Of a DNA stretch of 64,000 nt, positions 36,222 to 46,071 are shown one piece after another. A program made the translations under genes and the position numbers. The notes beneath the pieces are model-generated. The model was not told where the DNA came from, did no database searches, and saw only the letters and a list, made by a program, of their open reading frames with translations. Every line of letters starts with the position of its first letter. The first letter of the stretch is position 1. Source of the DNA: Candidatus Sericytochromatia bacterium (lineage in GTDB: Bacteria > Cyanobacteriota > Sericytochromatia > S15B-MN24 > VGJW01). The DNA lies in assembly GCA_035285865.1 (NCBI GenBank), contig JAYKHS010000003.1, positions 1-64,000 of the forward strand, written 5' to 3'.

Positions 36222-38636
36222 ATGCTCAGCAAGAATGCCCTGACCGTCCTCGAGAAGCGCTATCTGCGCAAGGACGAACAGGGAGAGATCGCGGAAACCC
36301 CGCTCGAGATGTTTGCCCGCGTCGCGGGCACCCTCGCGGAGGTCGATCGCGAATACGGCGCCGATGACCTCGAGGTCCGCAAGACGACCGAGCGCTTCAT
36401 GCGCATCCTGACCACCCTCGGCTTCCTGCCCAACAGCCCCACCCTGGCCAACGCCGGGACGCGCACCGGCCAGTTGTCCGCCTGCTTCGTGCTGCCCGTG
36501 CCCGATGATCTGGGCGGCATCTTCGAGTCCATCCGCGACGCCGCGCTGATTCACCAGACGGGTGGCGGCACGGGCTTCTCCTTCAGCCGGCTTCGGCCCA
36601 GCGGCGACATCGTCGGCTCGACCAAGGGCGTCAGCAGCGGCCCGGTCAGCTTCATGGACGTGTTCAACGCGGCCACCGAGAGCATCAAGCAAGGTGGCAT
36701 GCGCCGCGGCGCCAACATGGGCATCCTGCGCGTCGACCATCCGGACATCGAGATCTTCATCAGCCACAAGGAAGACCTCTCGAAGCTCACCAACTTCAAC
36801 ATCTCCGTCGCCGCGACCGACGCCTTCATGAAGGCCGTCGAGGAGGGCACTTCCTACGACCTCCTCAACCCCCGCACCGGCGCCGTCGTCGGGCAGCGCG
36901 ACGCCCGGACGGTCTTCCGCACCATCGTCCAGCGCGCCCACAGCACCGGCGAGCCGGGCCTCATCTTCATCGACCGCATCAACGCCGAGCACCCGACGCC
37001 TTGGCTGGGCGACATCGAGTCGACCAATCCCTGCGGCGAGCAGCCCCTGCTCCCCTACGAGAGCTGCAACCTGGGCTCGATCAACCTCGAGCGCATGCTG
37101 ACCCGTGCGGCCGACGGCGCCACCGTCATCGACTGGGACCTGCTCCGCGAGACGATCCACATCGCCACGCACATGCTGGACAACGTCATCGACGCCAACC
37201 GCTACCCCATCGACAGCATCCGCGACATGACGAAGTCGACCCGCAAGATCGGCCTCGGCGTCATGGGCTTCGCCCGCATGCTCTGCGAGCTGCAGGTGGG
37301 CTACCACACCGAAGAAGGGCGGCGCGTGGCCGAGCAGGTCATGAGCTTCATCGACTTCGAGTCGAAGGCCGCCAGCATCCAGCTCGCCCGCAAGCGCGGT
37401 CCCTTCCCTGCCTACCGCAAGGACAACCGCTACGCCCAGCTCTGGCAGAACCGCCACGCCATGGCCGAGCGTCATCCCGAAGCCGATTACGCTTCGCTGA
37501 TCCCGCTGATGCAGGAGTACGGCATCCGCAACGCCTGCACCACCACGGTGGCGCCGACGGGCACGCTGTCGATCATCGCCGACACCTCGGGTGGCGTGGA
37601 GCCGCTCTTCGCGCTGGCGTTCCGTCGCTTCCAGGCCGACACCCACATGATCGACGTGGATCAGCCGTTCCGTGTCCTGGCCGAGCGCGAAGGCTTTGCC
37701 TCCGAGGCGTTCTTCGAGGCGCTCGAGGCCAACCACGGCAGCCTCGTGGGCCTGGACGACTTCAGCGTGCCCGAATGGGTGCGCGAGGTCTACGTCACGG
37801 CGCACGACATCCGGCCCGAGGACCACGTCCTGATCCAGGCCGCCTTCCAGCACTACAACGACTCGGCCACCAGCAAGACCATCAACTTCAGTGAGCACGC
37901 CTCAGTGGAGGACGTCCAGGTGGCCTACGAGCTGGCCTACCGCACCGGGTGCAAGGGCATCACCGTCTACCGCAACAACAGCCGCGCCTTCCAGCCGCTG
38001 TCCGTGCCCAAGAAGGAAAAGGAAACGGCCCCGGCCGAGCACGCCGTGGCCGTCAGCGAACCCGTGCTGCCGCCCCAGGGTGCTGTCCGCCCCAGCGCAC
38101 GTCGGCGCTCCGAGGACCTGTACGGCTTCACCCGCTGCACCGCCACGGGTGACGGCAAGCTGTACACCACCATCAACTACGACGAGCAGGGGATCCGTGA
38201 GGTGTTCACGGTCGTGGGCCGCTCCGGCGGCACGCTCTTCAGCCTGTCCGAGGCCCTCGGGCGGATGGTGAGCCTGTCCCTGCAGCACGGCGTGCCCGTC
38301 GAGGACATCGCCAACAGCCTGATCGGCATCCGCGGGGCCAATCCGGTCGGCTTCGGCCGCAATCAGGTCTTGTCGATTCCCGACGCTCTGGGCAAGGTCC
38401 TGCGGGAAGCTCCGCGTGGTCTCGGGCCCATCCTGGCCGGGATGCCCTCGGGACTGACCGAGTCCATCGAAGTGACGGCCTCCCCCGCGCTGGTCGCGGG
38501 TGGCGAGCAGGATGCCCGCCTCCACGCCACGCTGGTGTACGGCAAGAGCCCCGACTGCCCGGACTGCGGCGGCAGCCTCGAGTTCGGTGAGGGCTGCGCC
38601 ACCTGCCGCTCCTGCGGCTACAGCAAGTGCAGCTGA
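36222..38636 (+). CDS. nrdJ: Adenosylcobalamin-dependent (class II) ribonucleotide reductase with TSCPD region and zinc ribbon
   Basis: PNSPTLANAG, QLSACFV, GGGTG, TNPCGEQPL, VAPTGTLS, SKTIN, CKGITVYR; C-terminal CPDCG..EGCATCRSCGYSKC. Confidence 0.95.
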   Translation: MLSKNALTVLEKRYLRKDEQGEIAETPLEMFARVAGTLAEVDREYGADDLEVRKTTERFMRILTTLGFLPNSPTLANAGTRTGQLSACFVLPVPDDLGGIFESIRDAALIHQTGGGTGFSFSRLRPSGDIVGSTKGVSSGPVSFMDVFNAATESIKQGGMRRGANMGILRVDHPDIEIFISHKEDLSKLTNFNISVAATDAFMKAVEEGTSYDLLNPRTGAVVGQRDARTVFRTIVQRAHSTGEPGLIFIDRINAEHPTPWLGDIESTNPCGEQPLLPYESCNLGSINLERMLTRAADGATVIDWDLLRETIHIATHMLDNVIDANRYPIDSIRDMTKSTRKIGLGVMGFARMLCELQVGYHTEEGRRVAEQVMSFIDFESKAASIQLARKRGPFPAYRKDNRYAQLWQNRHAMAERHPEADYASLIPLMQEYGIRNACTTTVAPTGTLSIIADTSGGVEPLFALAFRRFQADTHMIDVDQPFRVLAEREGFASEAFFEALEANHGSLVGLDDFSVPEWVREVYVTAHDIRPEDHVLIQAAFQHYNDSATSKTINFSEHASVEDVQVAYELAYRTGCKGITVYRNNSRAFQPLSVPKKEKETAPAEHAVAVSEPVLPPQGAVRPSARRRSEDLYGFTRCTATGDGKLYTTINYDEQGIREVFTVVGRSGGTLFSLSEALGRMVSLSLQHGVPVEDIANSLIGIRGANPVGFGRNQVLSIPDALGKVLREAPRGLGPILAGMPSGLTESIEVTASPALVAGGEQDARLHATLVYGKSPDCPDCGGSLEFGEGCATCRSCGYSKCS

Positions 38637-38655
38637 TCCGCTGACACCGGAAAGA

Positions 38656-38685
38656 AGCCCCTGAAGCCGCTTGGCTTCAGGGGCT
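38656..38685. terminator. Hairpin between convergent nrdJ and ferredoxin genes, likely bidirectional terminator
   Basis: AGCCCCTGAAGCC-gctt-GGCTTCAGGGGCT perfect 13-bp stem. Confidence 0.75.
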
Positions 38686-38910
38686 CTTGCTTGTCTGGAT
38701 GGACTTGCTGGGACACTGGCGCTCGGCCTGCAGGATAGCCTCCGCCTGCGCGAGATCCGGCCCCTCGCGCACATGACTCTTGCCCTTGCGCATGCGGAAA
38801 ACCTCGGGTGCCGTCCCCACGCAGCGACCACAGCCGATGCAGGTCCGTGCGTTGACCGTGACCGAGGCAACCGCACCGGGTTCGGTCTCGCCCGGCTCCT
38901 CGGGCGTCAC
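38677..38910 (-). CDS. Single-cluster ferredoxin
   Basis: CIGCGRC..APEVF...CPSKSI; GTG start overlaps the upstream stop. Confidence 0.8.
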   Translation of the reverse strand: MTPEEPGETEPGAVASVTVNARTCIGCGRCVGTAPEVFRMRKGKSHVREGPDLAQAEAILQAERQCPSKSIQTSKSP

Positions 38911-39341
38911 GCCTTCCACCCGCCGCCGGGACGCCCGGCGCGCAAGGCATCCTGGGCTGCCACCACGAGCGACACGTCCGCCCCTCGTGGTCCACCGGGA
39001 ACCTCGGCCTGGATCGTGATGACACAGGGCTGGGCGATCTGGAGCTCCTGCAGCTCCAGTCGGAAGGAAAGGCCCATGCCGGCCACCGAGACAGCAGCCG
39101 GTGGATGCTGATGGACCGAGACTTCCTGACCATCCACCAGAATGCGATGGATCAGACCCAGCGGGCCCCGCGGCGCCCCGGAGACGGCTGTCAGGGCCAC
39201 CAGCCCGCACGCCATCGGGAAGGCCTCGGCAAGGTAGCCCTGCACCGGATTGACAAAGGCCTGCACCTGGGTGCGCGCGTCGTTGATGACGTTCTGGAAC
39301 AGGATGGTCTGGACGACCATGCCGGATGGCGATGCCTTCAC
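38907..39341 (-). CDS. Hypothetical beta-rich protein (DUF6941-like)
   Basis: Coupled to acyP and the ferredoxin gene; the family resemblance is weak. Confidence 0.6.
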   Translation of the reverse strand: MKASPSGMVVQTILFQNVINDARTQVQAFVNPVQGYLAEAFPMACGLVALTAVSGAPRGPLGLIHRILVDGQEVSVHQHPPAAVSVAGMGLSFRLELQELQIAQPCVITIQAEVPGGPRGADVSLVVAAQDALRAGRPGGGWKA

Positions 39342-39616
39342 CTGCGGACCTCGAATCTGCGGAAATCACCCGTTGGCGGAAACCAGCGCGCCTCGACCGT
39401 CGACACCCCCGCCAAGGGTGTCCCCGTGCGACACCACGCCAGCAACTCCTCAAGGGCCTCGGCGGGGCCTTCTGCCAGACACTCGAAGCGCCCGTCCGGA
39501 AGCGGCCTGGCCCACCCCCTGACCCCGAGCCTCATCGCCAGATCCCGCACGGACGCTGCCATCCACGCCCGGCCGACGTCGCCGTCCACGCGAACATGCA
39601 CGCGACGGGACTCCAT
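39338..39616 (-). CDS. acyP: Acylphosphatase
   Basis: RVHVRVDGDV, LGVRGWARPLPDGRFECLAEG, FRRFEVR; the VQGVGFR and N motifs are diverged. Confidence 0.75.
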   Translation of the reverse strand: MESRRVHVRVDGDVGRAWMAASVRDLAMRLGVRGWARPLPDGRFECLAEGPAEALEELLAWCRTGTPLAGVSTVEARWFPPTGDFRRFEVRR

Positions 39617-40524
39617 CAGGCTGGGGTGCCCTCGCCGGAGCCACCCAGCCCGAGGCGCTCGGCTGCCCAGGCGACAAGCAAGCCCGTCAACTCTTCATGG
39701 CCACGATCCGCCATCATGCTGTGCCCCGCCCCCACGACGCGCACCCACTCCTTGTCCGCACTGCCGAGCGCCTCGTAGACCTCGCGGCTGTGCGCATTGG
39801 AGATGACCTTGTCCTCGCTGGCAGCGACCACCAGCACAGGTGTTCGGACCTGACGTGCGACGGCAGGGTTGTCGATCTCCTCGAACAGGTAGGGATAGCC
39901 CATCAGACTCAGCGAGCGCTGCAGGAAACCCAGCGCCTCGGCACGGCGCCGCGCGGACGGGTCCGTGAACAAATCTCGGTAGGTGTAGGGATAGGGCACG
40001 TGCACATGCTGGCCCGACCAGTCGTACACCAGCTTGGCAGCCTGGTAGGCGGCGCGATAGGCCGCACGCATCGGAGCCGTCTGGGTCCGCGCGGGAACCG
40101 ACGGCGGCGCAAGCAGGACAGCGCCCGCGAACCGATCCGGATGGGCGGCCAGCAAGCGCAGGACCGACACCGTGCCGAGGCTGTGGCCGATCAGCATCAG
40201 GCGCCTCACATCGACTTCGCCCTGGGTCTCAAGCAGGCCGATGGCCCGGTCCAGATCATCGAGTTGCTGGTCGCCGACCACGAGGCTACGCACCCCGGCC
40301 GAGGCGCCATGTCCCCGGAAGTCGAACGACAACGCCGCAATGCCCCGCCGCGCAAGGGCATTACCCAGATCGGCATACTCTTCTTTGGCCGAAAGCAGGC
40401 CGTGCACCAGCACCACGCCGGGGAAAGGACCCTCACCCTTGGGCCGATGATAGGCCGCGGAAAGGATGGGTTCGCCCGGGATGGCGAGGGGTCGGCTGGA
40501 AAGATCCGGAAAGAGCGCTTGCAT
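39616..40524 (-). CDS. Alpha/beta hydrolase (lysophospholipase-like)
   Basis: VLVHGL, FDFRGHGAS, GHSLG nucleophile, EDKVI, GAGH. Confidence 0.9.
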   Translation of the reverse strand: MQALFPDLSSRPLAIPGEPILSAAYHRPKGEGPFPGVVLVHGLLSAKEEYADLGNALARRGIAALSFDFRGHGASAGVRSLVVGDQQLDDLDRAIGLLETQGEVDVRRLMLIGHSLGTVSVLRLLAAHPDRFAGAVLLAPPSVPARTQTAPMRAAYRAAYQAAKLVYDWSGQHVHVPYPYTYRDLFTDPSARRRAEALGFLQRSLSLMGYPYLFEEIDNPAVARQVRTPVLVVAASEDKVISNAHSREVYEALGSADKEWVRVVGAGHSMMADRGHEELTGLLVAWAAERLGLGGSGEGTPA

Positions 40525-40530
40525 GCGTGT

Positions 40531-42360
40531 TCACTTGACGGTGCTGCTGCGGGACAGGAGCACGAGGAGCCATGTTCCCAGTACCCCTGCCGCCCCGAAT
40601 GTCACGAAGGACAGAGCCGGCAGACCGAGAATGCGAGGACCATGCTCAAGCCCGGCGAGACCTGAGCCGGCAATCAGCAGACCGGCGACGAGCCAGCCCA
40701 GCGTCAGGCGGTTGCCTATTCCGGTCAGCGTCCGTTCGAAGCGCCGCATGTCGCGAACATCGGTCTCGATGCGAATCTGACCCGAGTTGAGCTGTGCGAG
40801 CAGGTCGTCGAGACGCCTCGGGCTGCGCACGAGGACGTTGCGGACATCCAGCGCGAAGCGCATGAACTCGGGCCCCCTGAGCAGGCCGGTGAACTGCCCC
40901 CGCACGATGCCACGGATGAAGGGTTCTGCAACCTTGACCAGCATGTAGTCAGGATCCAGCTGGCGACAGATGCCCTCCAGAGTCACGAGCACGCGGCTGA
41001 TCAGCAGGAAGCTGGTCGGCATTCGGACGCGATAGCGTCCCATCAGCTCGAGCACGCGCTGCATCAGCTTGCCCATCTGGACCTCGGAAGACGGTCGTCC
41101 CAGGAACTCACGCAGCAGATGGTCCAACGAAACGGTAAGGGCCTGCCGATCCACGCGCCCCTGAGGATGCCCGTACTCGAGGATGCGCTCCGTCGCCCGG
41201 GCCGCATCGAACTGGATCATGGCGAGGAAGAAGTCCACGAGGATCTCCCGCGACCGGGGGTCTGTCCGCCCCACCATGCCGAAGTCGATGAGCAGCAGAC
41301 CCGGCAGGCGTCCCGCCCCGCGATCGGCAAACATGACATTGCCCGGATGCGGATCGGCGTGAAAGAGCCCGTCGACGAAGATCTGGCGCAGGAAACATGT
41401 GGTGATCAGCGCCGCGAGCCGGCGACGCTGCTCTAGCGGCATGGCGACATCAGCGGGCGTGCCGTCCGCCCTGGGGAACAGGACGGAAATCTTGGCACCC
41501 GTCAGGAACTCCTGAGCCTGCAGCCGGCGCGACGTATAGGCCCGAATGATCCGTGGCGTGCGGACGTCCTCGCCCGTTTCGGCAAGGCTGCGGCCGATCT
41601 CCTCCGTATTCGCCGCCTCCTTGGTGAAGTCCAACTCGGCCATCAGTACCGCGGCGAACTCGGAGGCGAGCCCCTCGACATCGTTCCACTGGCCCCAATG
41701 GGTCCTGGCCGCAATCAGTCGGGCAAAGTCCTGCAGGACGGCCATGTCGGCCTCGACCATCACGTCGATGCCGGGCCGCTGGACCTTGACGATGACCGGA
41801 AGCAGACGGCCTTCCTCCGTCACGGTTGCGCGATAGACCTGCCCCAGAGAACCGCAGGCGATCGGAGTCGTGTCGAAGGTCGGGAAGATGTCATGTACTG
41901 TCCGGGGCCTCACCGCATCCGGATGCAGCGTCATCCACTCTTCGATGATGACCTGCTCGATCTCGCGCCACGGGGCGGGCGGAACCTGCTCCTGAAGCTT
42001 GGCCAGCTCGTCGATGTAGGGCTGGGGGAGGAGATCGGCACGCGTGGACAACACCTGACCCAGCTTGACGTAGGTCGGTCCCAACTCGATGAGAATCTGC
42101 CGCAGGACCGAAGGCAGCGGAAGGGTCGGATCGTGCTCGGTCTCGGCCTCGCCCTCGTCTTCCTCCCGTTGCCGCCGGACCAGGAACGAAGACATCTGGA
42201 TCTGCTGGCGCAAGCCGGCAGGCAGCACCTCGAGCAGCGAGAGACGAAGCAGCAGCACGTCCCAGCCGTAGCGCGCGAGCGTCGAGGCGATCTCGGCCCG
42301 TCGCTGGTTGGCATTGGGCGGGCCTGACGCCTGCCTGGCCGTGCGCGTGGGGTCGGACAT
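40531..42360 (-). CDS. AarF/ABC1/UbiB family kinase
   Basis: LGPTYVKLGQVLSTRADL, GSLGQVYRA, VKVQRPG, FHADPHPGN, IDFGMVG. Confidence 0.95.
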   Translation of the reverse strand: MSDPTRTARQASGPPNANQRRAEIASTLARYGWDVLLLRLSLLEVLPAGLRQQIQMSSFLVRRQREEDEGEAETEHDPTLPLPSVLRQILIELGPTYVKLGQVLSTRADLLPQPYIDELAKLQEQVPPAPWREIEQVIIEEWMTLHPDAVRPRTVHDIFPTFDTTPIACGSLGQVYRATVTEEGRLLPVIVKVQRPGIDVMVEADMAVLQDFARLIAARTHWGQWNDVEGLASEFAAVLMAELDFTKEAANTEEIGRSLAETGEDVRTPRIIRAYTSRRLQAQEFLTGAKISVLFPRADGTPADVAMPLEQRRRLAALITTCFLRQIFVDGLFHADPHPGNVMFADRGAGRLPGLLLIDFGMVGRTDPRSREILVDFFLAMIQFDAARATERILEYGHPQGRVDRQALTVSLDHLLREFLGRPSSEVQMGKLMQRVLELMGRYRVRMPTSFLLISRVLVTLEGICRQLDPDYMLVKVAEPFIRGIVRGQFTGLLRGPEFMRFALDVRNVLVRSPRRLDDLLAQLNSGQIRIETDVRDMRRFERTLTGIGNRLTLGWLVAGLLIAGSGLAGLEHGPRILGLPALSFVTFGAAGVLGTWLLVLLSRSSTVK

Positions 42361-42405
42361 CGTCGGACCGTCAGCGTCGATCGGCGGGACAGGGCATGAC
42401 CCATT

Positions 42406-43554
42406 CTACCGCCTTCCGTCAGCCGGGGCAGTGGTCCACAGCGGCAAACCGGCCCCGAACCAGGCGTCTGGCCCGGGTGGCCCCAGATCCACCCGATACC
42501 GCCCGAGCTCCCGTCCGAGCTCCGCCGCCCCGAGCGTCGGCTGACGGGCCAGCAGTCGGGCTGCCAGTCCCGCAACATGCGGTGCGGCCATCGAGGTGCC
42601 CATCATCCCGCCGTCGCGCGTCTGCGGGCTGGGGGAGCCAAGGTCCGACGCCACCACGTGGGTCGGCCAGGCGGACCAGACAGGCACGCCCGCATCACCG
42701 CCCGGCGCCACGAAGGCGAGCCCCGGTCCGCGATTCGAGTAGGCCGCAAGCCCCTCGTCGGCCGTGGTTGCGCCGACGGCGAGGACCTCGGGCAGGCAGG
42801 CGGGAAAGTCGAGGCCCCGACCGCGGTTCCCCGCAGCAGCAACCACGACGATGCCGGCTGCGGTCGCCGCCCGCAGAGCCTGTCCCAGGCGCTCGGACAT
42901 GGTCCGGCCCCCGATCGAGAGGTTGAGGATACGCACACGCGCACCGGAGCCATCCCGCCACGATGTCGCGGCGTCGACAGCACGGGCGATGCGCTCGTCC
43001 TCGCCGGATCCCGACATGTCCATGGCCTTGATCGGCAGAATCCGGATGCTCGCGGTCCCGGCCACCGAGGCGAGGATGCCGGCGACGTGGGTTCCGTGCC
43101 CATTGCCGTCACGCCCGGTGTAGGTCACGGGTGGCTGTCGGTCCCGGACCACCTCTTCCCCGACGAAGTCGAGGCCCGGCAGCACCAAACCGGCCAAGGC
43201 AGGATGGCGATCATCCACGCCGGTATCGAGGACCCCCACGACCACCGGGCTGCGGATGCCCCGGGAAGCCTTTCGCTCGTCCTCGGCAAGTCCCAGCATC
43301 TCGAGGTTCCACCCAAGGGCACCCCGTCGTCTCGCCTCCCCGAAATCGGCCTGCACGCGATATCCGGAGAGAGTCCAGCGATCCCCGGGACGGGGCCAGC
43401 TGGCCCCGCCCCGGACGCCGTCCGACCCGCCCCCGGACGGCACGTCCAGCCCGCAGGCGGTAGTCATCAGGACCATCGCTCCGCCGGGAAGGACGGCCCG
43501 GACAAACCGCGACAGGAAGCAAGGTTCCACGGCGCGTGCCCTCCACGAACGCAT
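42406..43554 (-). CDS. S8 subtilisin-like serine peptidase (start uncertain)
   Basis: VGVLDTGVD, GHGTHVAG, AAAGN, GTSMAAPHVAG catalytic triad. Confidence 0.9.
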   Translation of the reverse strand: MRSWRARAVEPCFLSRFVRAVLPGGAMVLMTTACGLDVPSGGGSDGVRGGASWPRPGDRWTLSGYRVQADFGEARRRGALGWNLEMLGLAEDERKASRGIRSPVVVGVLDTGVDDRHPALAGLVLPGLDFVGEEVVRDRQPPVTYTGRDGNGHGTHVAGILASVAGTASIRILPIKAMDMSGSGEDERIARAVDAATSWRDGSGARVRILNLSIGGRTMSERLGQALRAATAAGIVVVAAAGNRGRGLDFPACLPEVLAVGATTADEGLAAYSNRGPGLAFVAPGGDAGVPVWSAWPTHVVASDLGSPSPQTRDGGMMGTSMAAPHVAGLAARLLARQPTLGAAELGRELGRYRVDLGPPGPDAWFGAGLPLWTTAPADGRR

Positions 43555-43709
43555 CGTCACACCGAGGGGGGCGCACCCCATCGCCCATCGTCGACAAATC
43601 TCCATGGCCGGTCTGTCCGGAGTGACGAAAGGCACCGAGCCGGAACCGGAGCGGCAGGTAACCTCCTACCAGACCGGCGTTCCCGACCCACGGCCGCCGA
43701 GCCTACCCC

Positions 43710-44423
43710 ATGACCTCGACAGCGGTGGCCACAGCCATCGGGCACCTTCGTGCCCGGATGACCCGAGCTGCCGCCGGCGCAGGTCGTGATCCGGGTGCGC
43801 TCGAGATCGTGGCGGTAACCAAGGGAGTTGGCGTGGATCGGATACGCGAGGCTTTGGCCTGCGGCATTCGCAGCTTGGGAGAGAACAGGGTGCAGGAAGC
43901 TTGCCTGAAGCAGGAGCTCCTCGGGGACGACGTTCCCGAGTGGCACCTGATCGGGCCGCTGCAGGCCAACAAGGTCAACAAGGCCGTCGGCCGATTCACC
44001 TTGCTCCACGGCATCGACAGCACGGACCTGGTCACGCGCATCGGGCGCCGCGCCACCCAGTTGGGCCTGACCCAGCGGCTGCTGTTGCAAATCAACACCG
44101 CCCGCGACCCGCGCAAGGCTGGATTCGCACCCGAGGAAGCCGCATCGGCCATCGAGATGGCACGCGGGACCGAGGGGGTTTCCCTCGATGGCTTCATGGC
44201 GCTTGCGTCTCAGGACGCATCCGAAGCGGAGGTCCGCAGGACCTTCCGCGAACTGCGCGAACTGCGCGACCACCTCGCGCCCGAAGGGTCCATCCTCTCG
44301 ATGGGCATGTCGGGCGATTTCGAACTGGCGATTCAGGAAGGGGCAACCCACCTTCGCATCGGCAGTGGCATCTTCGGGCAAAGGCCCACATCACAGCAGG
44401 AGGCAGATGCGAACCATGGGTGA
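43710..44423 (+). CDS. yggS: YggS PLP homeostasis protein
   Basis: VAVTK, GENRVQE, WHLIGPLQANK, LSMGMSGDFELAIQEGATHLRIGSGIFG. Confidence 0.95.
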   Translation: MTSTAVATAIGHLRARMTRAAAGAGRDPGALEIVAVTKGVGVDRIREALACGIRSLGENRVQEACLKQELLGDDVPEWHLIGPLQANKVNKAVGRFTLLHGIDSTDLVTRIGRRATQLGLTQRLLLQINTARDPRKAGFAPEEAASAIEMARGTEGVSLDGFMALASQDASEAEVRRTFRELRELRDHLAPEGSILSMGMSGDFELAIQEGATHLRIGSGIFGQRPTSQQEADANHG

Positions 44424-44874
44424 CGGACTCAAGAACTTCATGCGGGACTTCTTCGGCGTCGAGCAGGATACGCCCGAAGGCCCCGGGAGTGAACAACTCG
44501 GGGGAGCGGTCGACAACACCGTGCCCTTCATCCGGCCGGCCAGCCGGTCTGTCGATCACGAGATGCTCGTCGTCGAACCCCTATCTTTCGAGGAAGCGCC
44601 GGCACTGATCTCCGAGATCAAGTCCCGTCGTTCCCTGCTCATCAACCTGCACCTGATGCCCGGCGATCAGCACCAGCGTCTCGTCGACTTGCTGACCGGT
44701 GCCATCGTGGCCCTCGACGGTCAGAGCCAGCGCATCAGCAAGGACATCTTCACCTTCGTTCCGTCCAACGTGAACCTCGCTGCCGCGCCCCGCGGGCAGC
44801 AGACCTGGAACCAGCCCCCCGCTGCGGGCGCCGGCCAGCAGATTCCAGCGCACTACGTCCACAGCGCCGTCTAG
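44416..44874 (+). CDS. sepF: Cell division protein SepF
   Basis: VVEPLSFEEA, LINL, QRLVDLLTGAIVALDG..QRI...IFTFVPSNV; located between yggS and proC. Confidence 0.9.
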   Translation: MGDGLKNFMRDFFGVEQDTPEGPGSEQLGGAVDNTVPFIRPASRSVDHEMLVVEPLSFEEAPALISEIKSRRSLLINLHLMPGDQHQRLVDLLTGAIVALDGQSQRISKDIFTFVPSNVNLAAAPRGQQTWNQPPAAGAGQQIPAHYVHSAV

Positions 44875-44962
44875 GACTTCCGCCAGGGCCGGCCGGCCCC
44901 TCGCCGTTCAGAACGCGACGGACGAGGGAGACCGGCCGGCCCTGGTGTATGCTGGACCCCAT

Positions 44963-45802
44963 ATGCACGAAGCACGCATGAAGGGCCCGTGGCATCTGGC
45001 CTTCGTGGGCGGTGGCACCATGGCAGAGGCCCTCATCAAGGGCCTCGTGGCGCGCGGCGTCCATGAACCGGCACGCCTGCTGGTCGCAGACCCGTTGCCG
45101 AGCAGGTTGGCCCACCTCGCGCAGACCTATGATGTCGCGACCACGCAGGACAACAGGGACTGCCTCGGGGCGGACGCGGTCCTTCTGGCCGTGAAACCCG
45201 CGCAGCTCCCCCTCGTGATGCACCAACTGGCTCCGCACTGGCCGGCCTCGGTGCCTGGCCTGTCGATCGTGGCCGGTGCCAGACTGGACCAGTTGGCGGC
45301 CTACTTCCCCGATGCCGTCCCCCCTCTGGTCCGCGCCATGCCGAATACATGCGCGACGATCGGCCAGGGCATCACGTCCGTGGCGTGGACGACCGGCACC
45401 GAGACCTCGGTGCAGCAGGCAGCCAAGGCCATCTTCGACAGCGTTGGCGAGACGGTGGAGCTTCCCGAGACCTACTTCGACGCCGTCACCGGGCTTTCGG
45501 GGAGTGGTCCGGCCTACGTGACCCTCATCATCGAGGCTTTGATCGATGCGGGCGTCCAGCAGGGCTTGCCGCGTCGCATCAGCCGGGAGCTGGTTTGCCA
45601 GACGGTCGCGGGCGCAGCCCTGCTGGTCAAGGCCTCGGGCATGCATCCGGCCGAACTCAAGGACCAGGTCGTCACGCCGGCCGGCACCACGGCGGCGGGC
45701 CTCCAAGTGCTCGAGGAAGCCGCCGTCCGAGCGACCTTCTGCCTGGCGGTCAAAGCAGCCACCGAACGTTCCCGGACCCTTGGCCAGGAGGCCACGCGAT
45801 GA
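44963..45802 (+). CDS. proC: Pyrroline-5-carboxylate reductase
   Basis: FVGGGTMAEA, LAVKP, RAMPN, VTGLSGSGPAY, LKDQVVTPAGTT. Confidence 0.95.
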   Translation: MHEARMKGPWHLAFVGGGTMAEALIKGLVARGVHEPARLLVADPLPSRLAHLAQTYDVATTQDNRDCLGADAVLLAVKPAQLPLVMHQLAPHWPASVPGLSIVAGARLDQLAAYFPDAVPPLVRAMPNTCATIGQGITSVAWTTGTETSVQQAAKAIFDSVGETVELPETYFDAVTGLSGSGPAYVTLIIEALIDAGVQQGLPRRISRELVCQTVAGAALLVKASGMHPAELKDQVVTPAGTTAAGLQVLEEAAVRATFCLAVKAATERSRTLGQEATR

Positions 45803-46068
45803 CATCCGTGCTCGTCGATCTGCTCGACGTCGTCTATAACGTATGGAGCATCCTACTGCTCGTCTGGGTGGTGATGAGCTGGGTCCCGAACGTGGATCGG
45901 AGCCATCCCCTCGTCAACGGCATCAGCCGCGTCATCGAGCCGGCTCTGGCGCCATTCCGCAAGCTGGTGCCCGGCATGGGCCCGATCGACATCTCGCCGC
46001 TGATCGCGATGGCGGCCTACCAGGTCATCTACCAGGTCTTGCGACGTCTGCTGACCACAGGGTTCTGA
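45799..46068 (+). CDS. yggT: YggT family membrane protein
   Basis: VVMSWVP..HPL...EPALAPFRKLVP..GPIDISP. Confidence 0.9.
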   Translation: MTSVLVDLLDVVYNVWSILLLVWVVMSWVPNVDRSHPLVNGISRVIEPALAPFRKLVPGMGPIDISPLIAMAAYQVIYQVLRRLLTTGF

Positions 46069-46071
46069 CGT

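Noticed and set aside
36138..37898. 586-aa minus-strand ORF
   Set aside because: Antisense shadow of nrdJ with no motifs.
36222..38636. Intein or intron in nrdJ
   Set aside because: Length and motif order are continuous; no splicing motifs seen.
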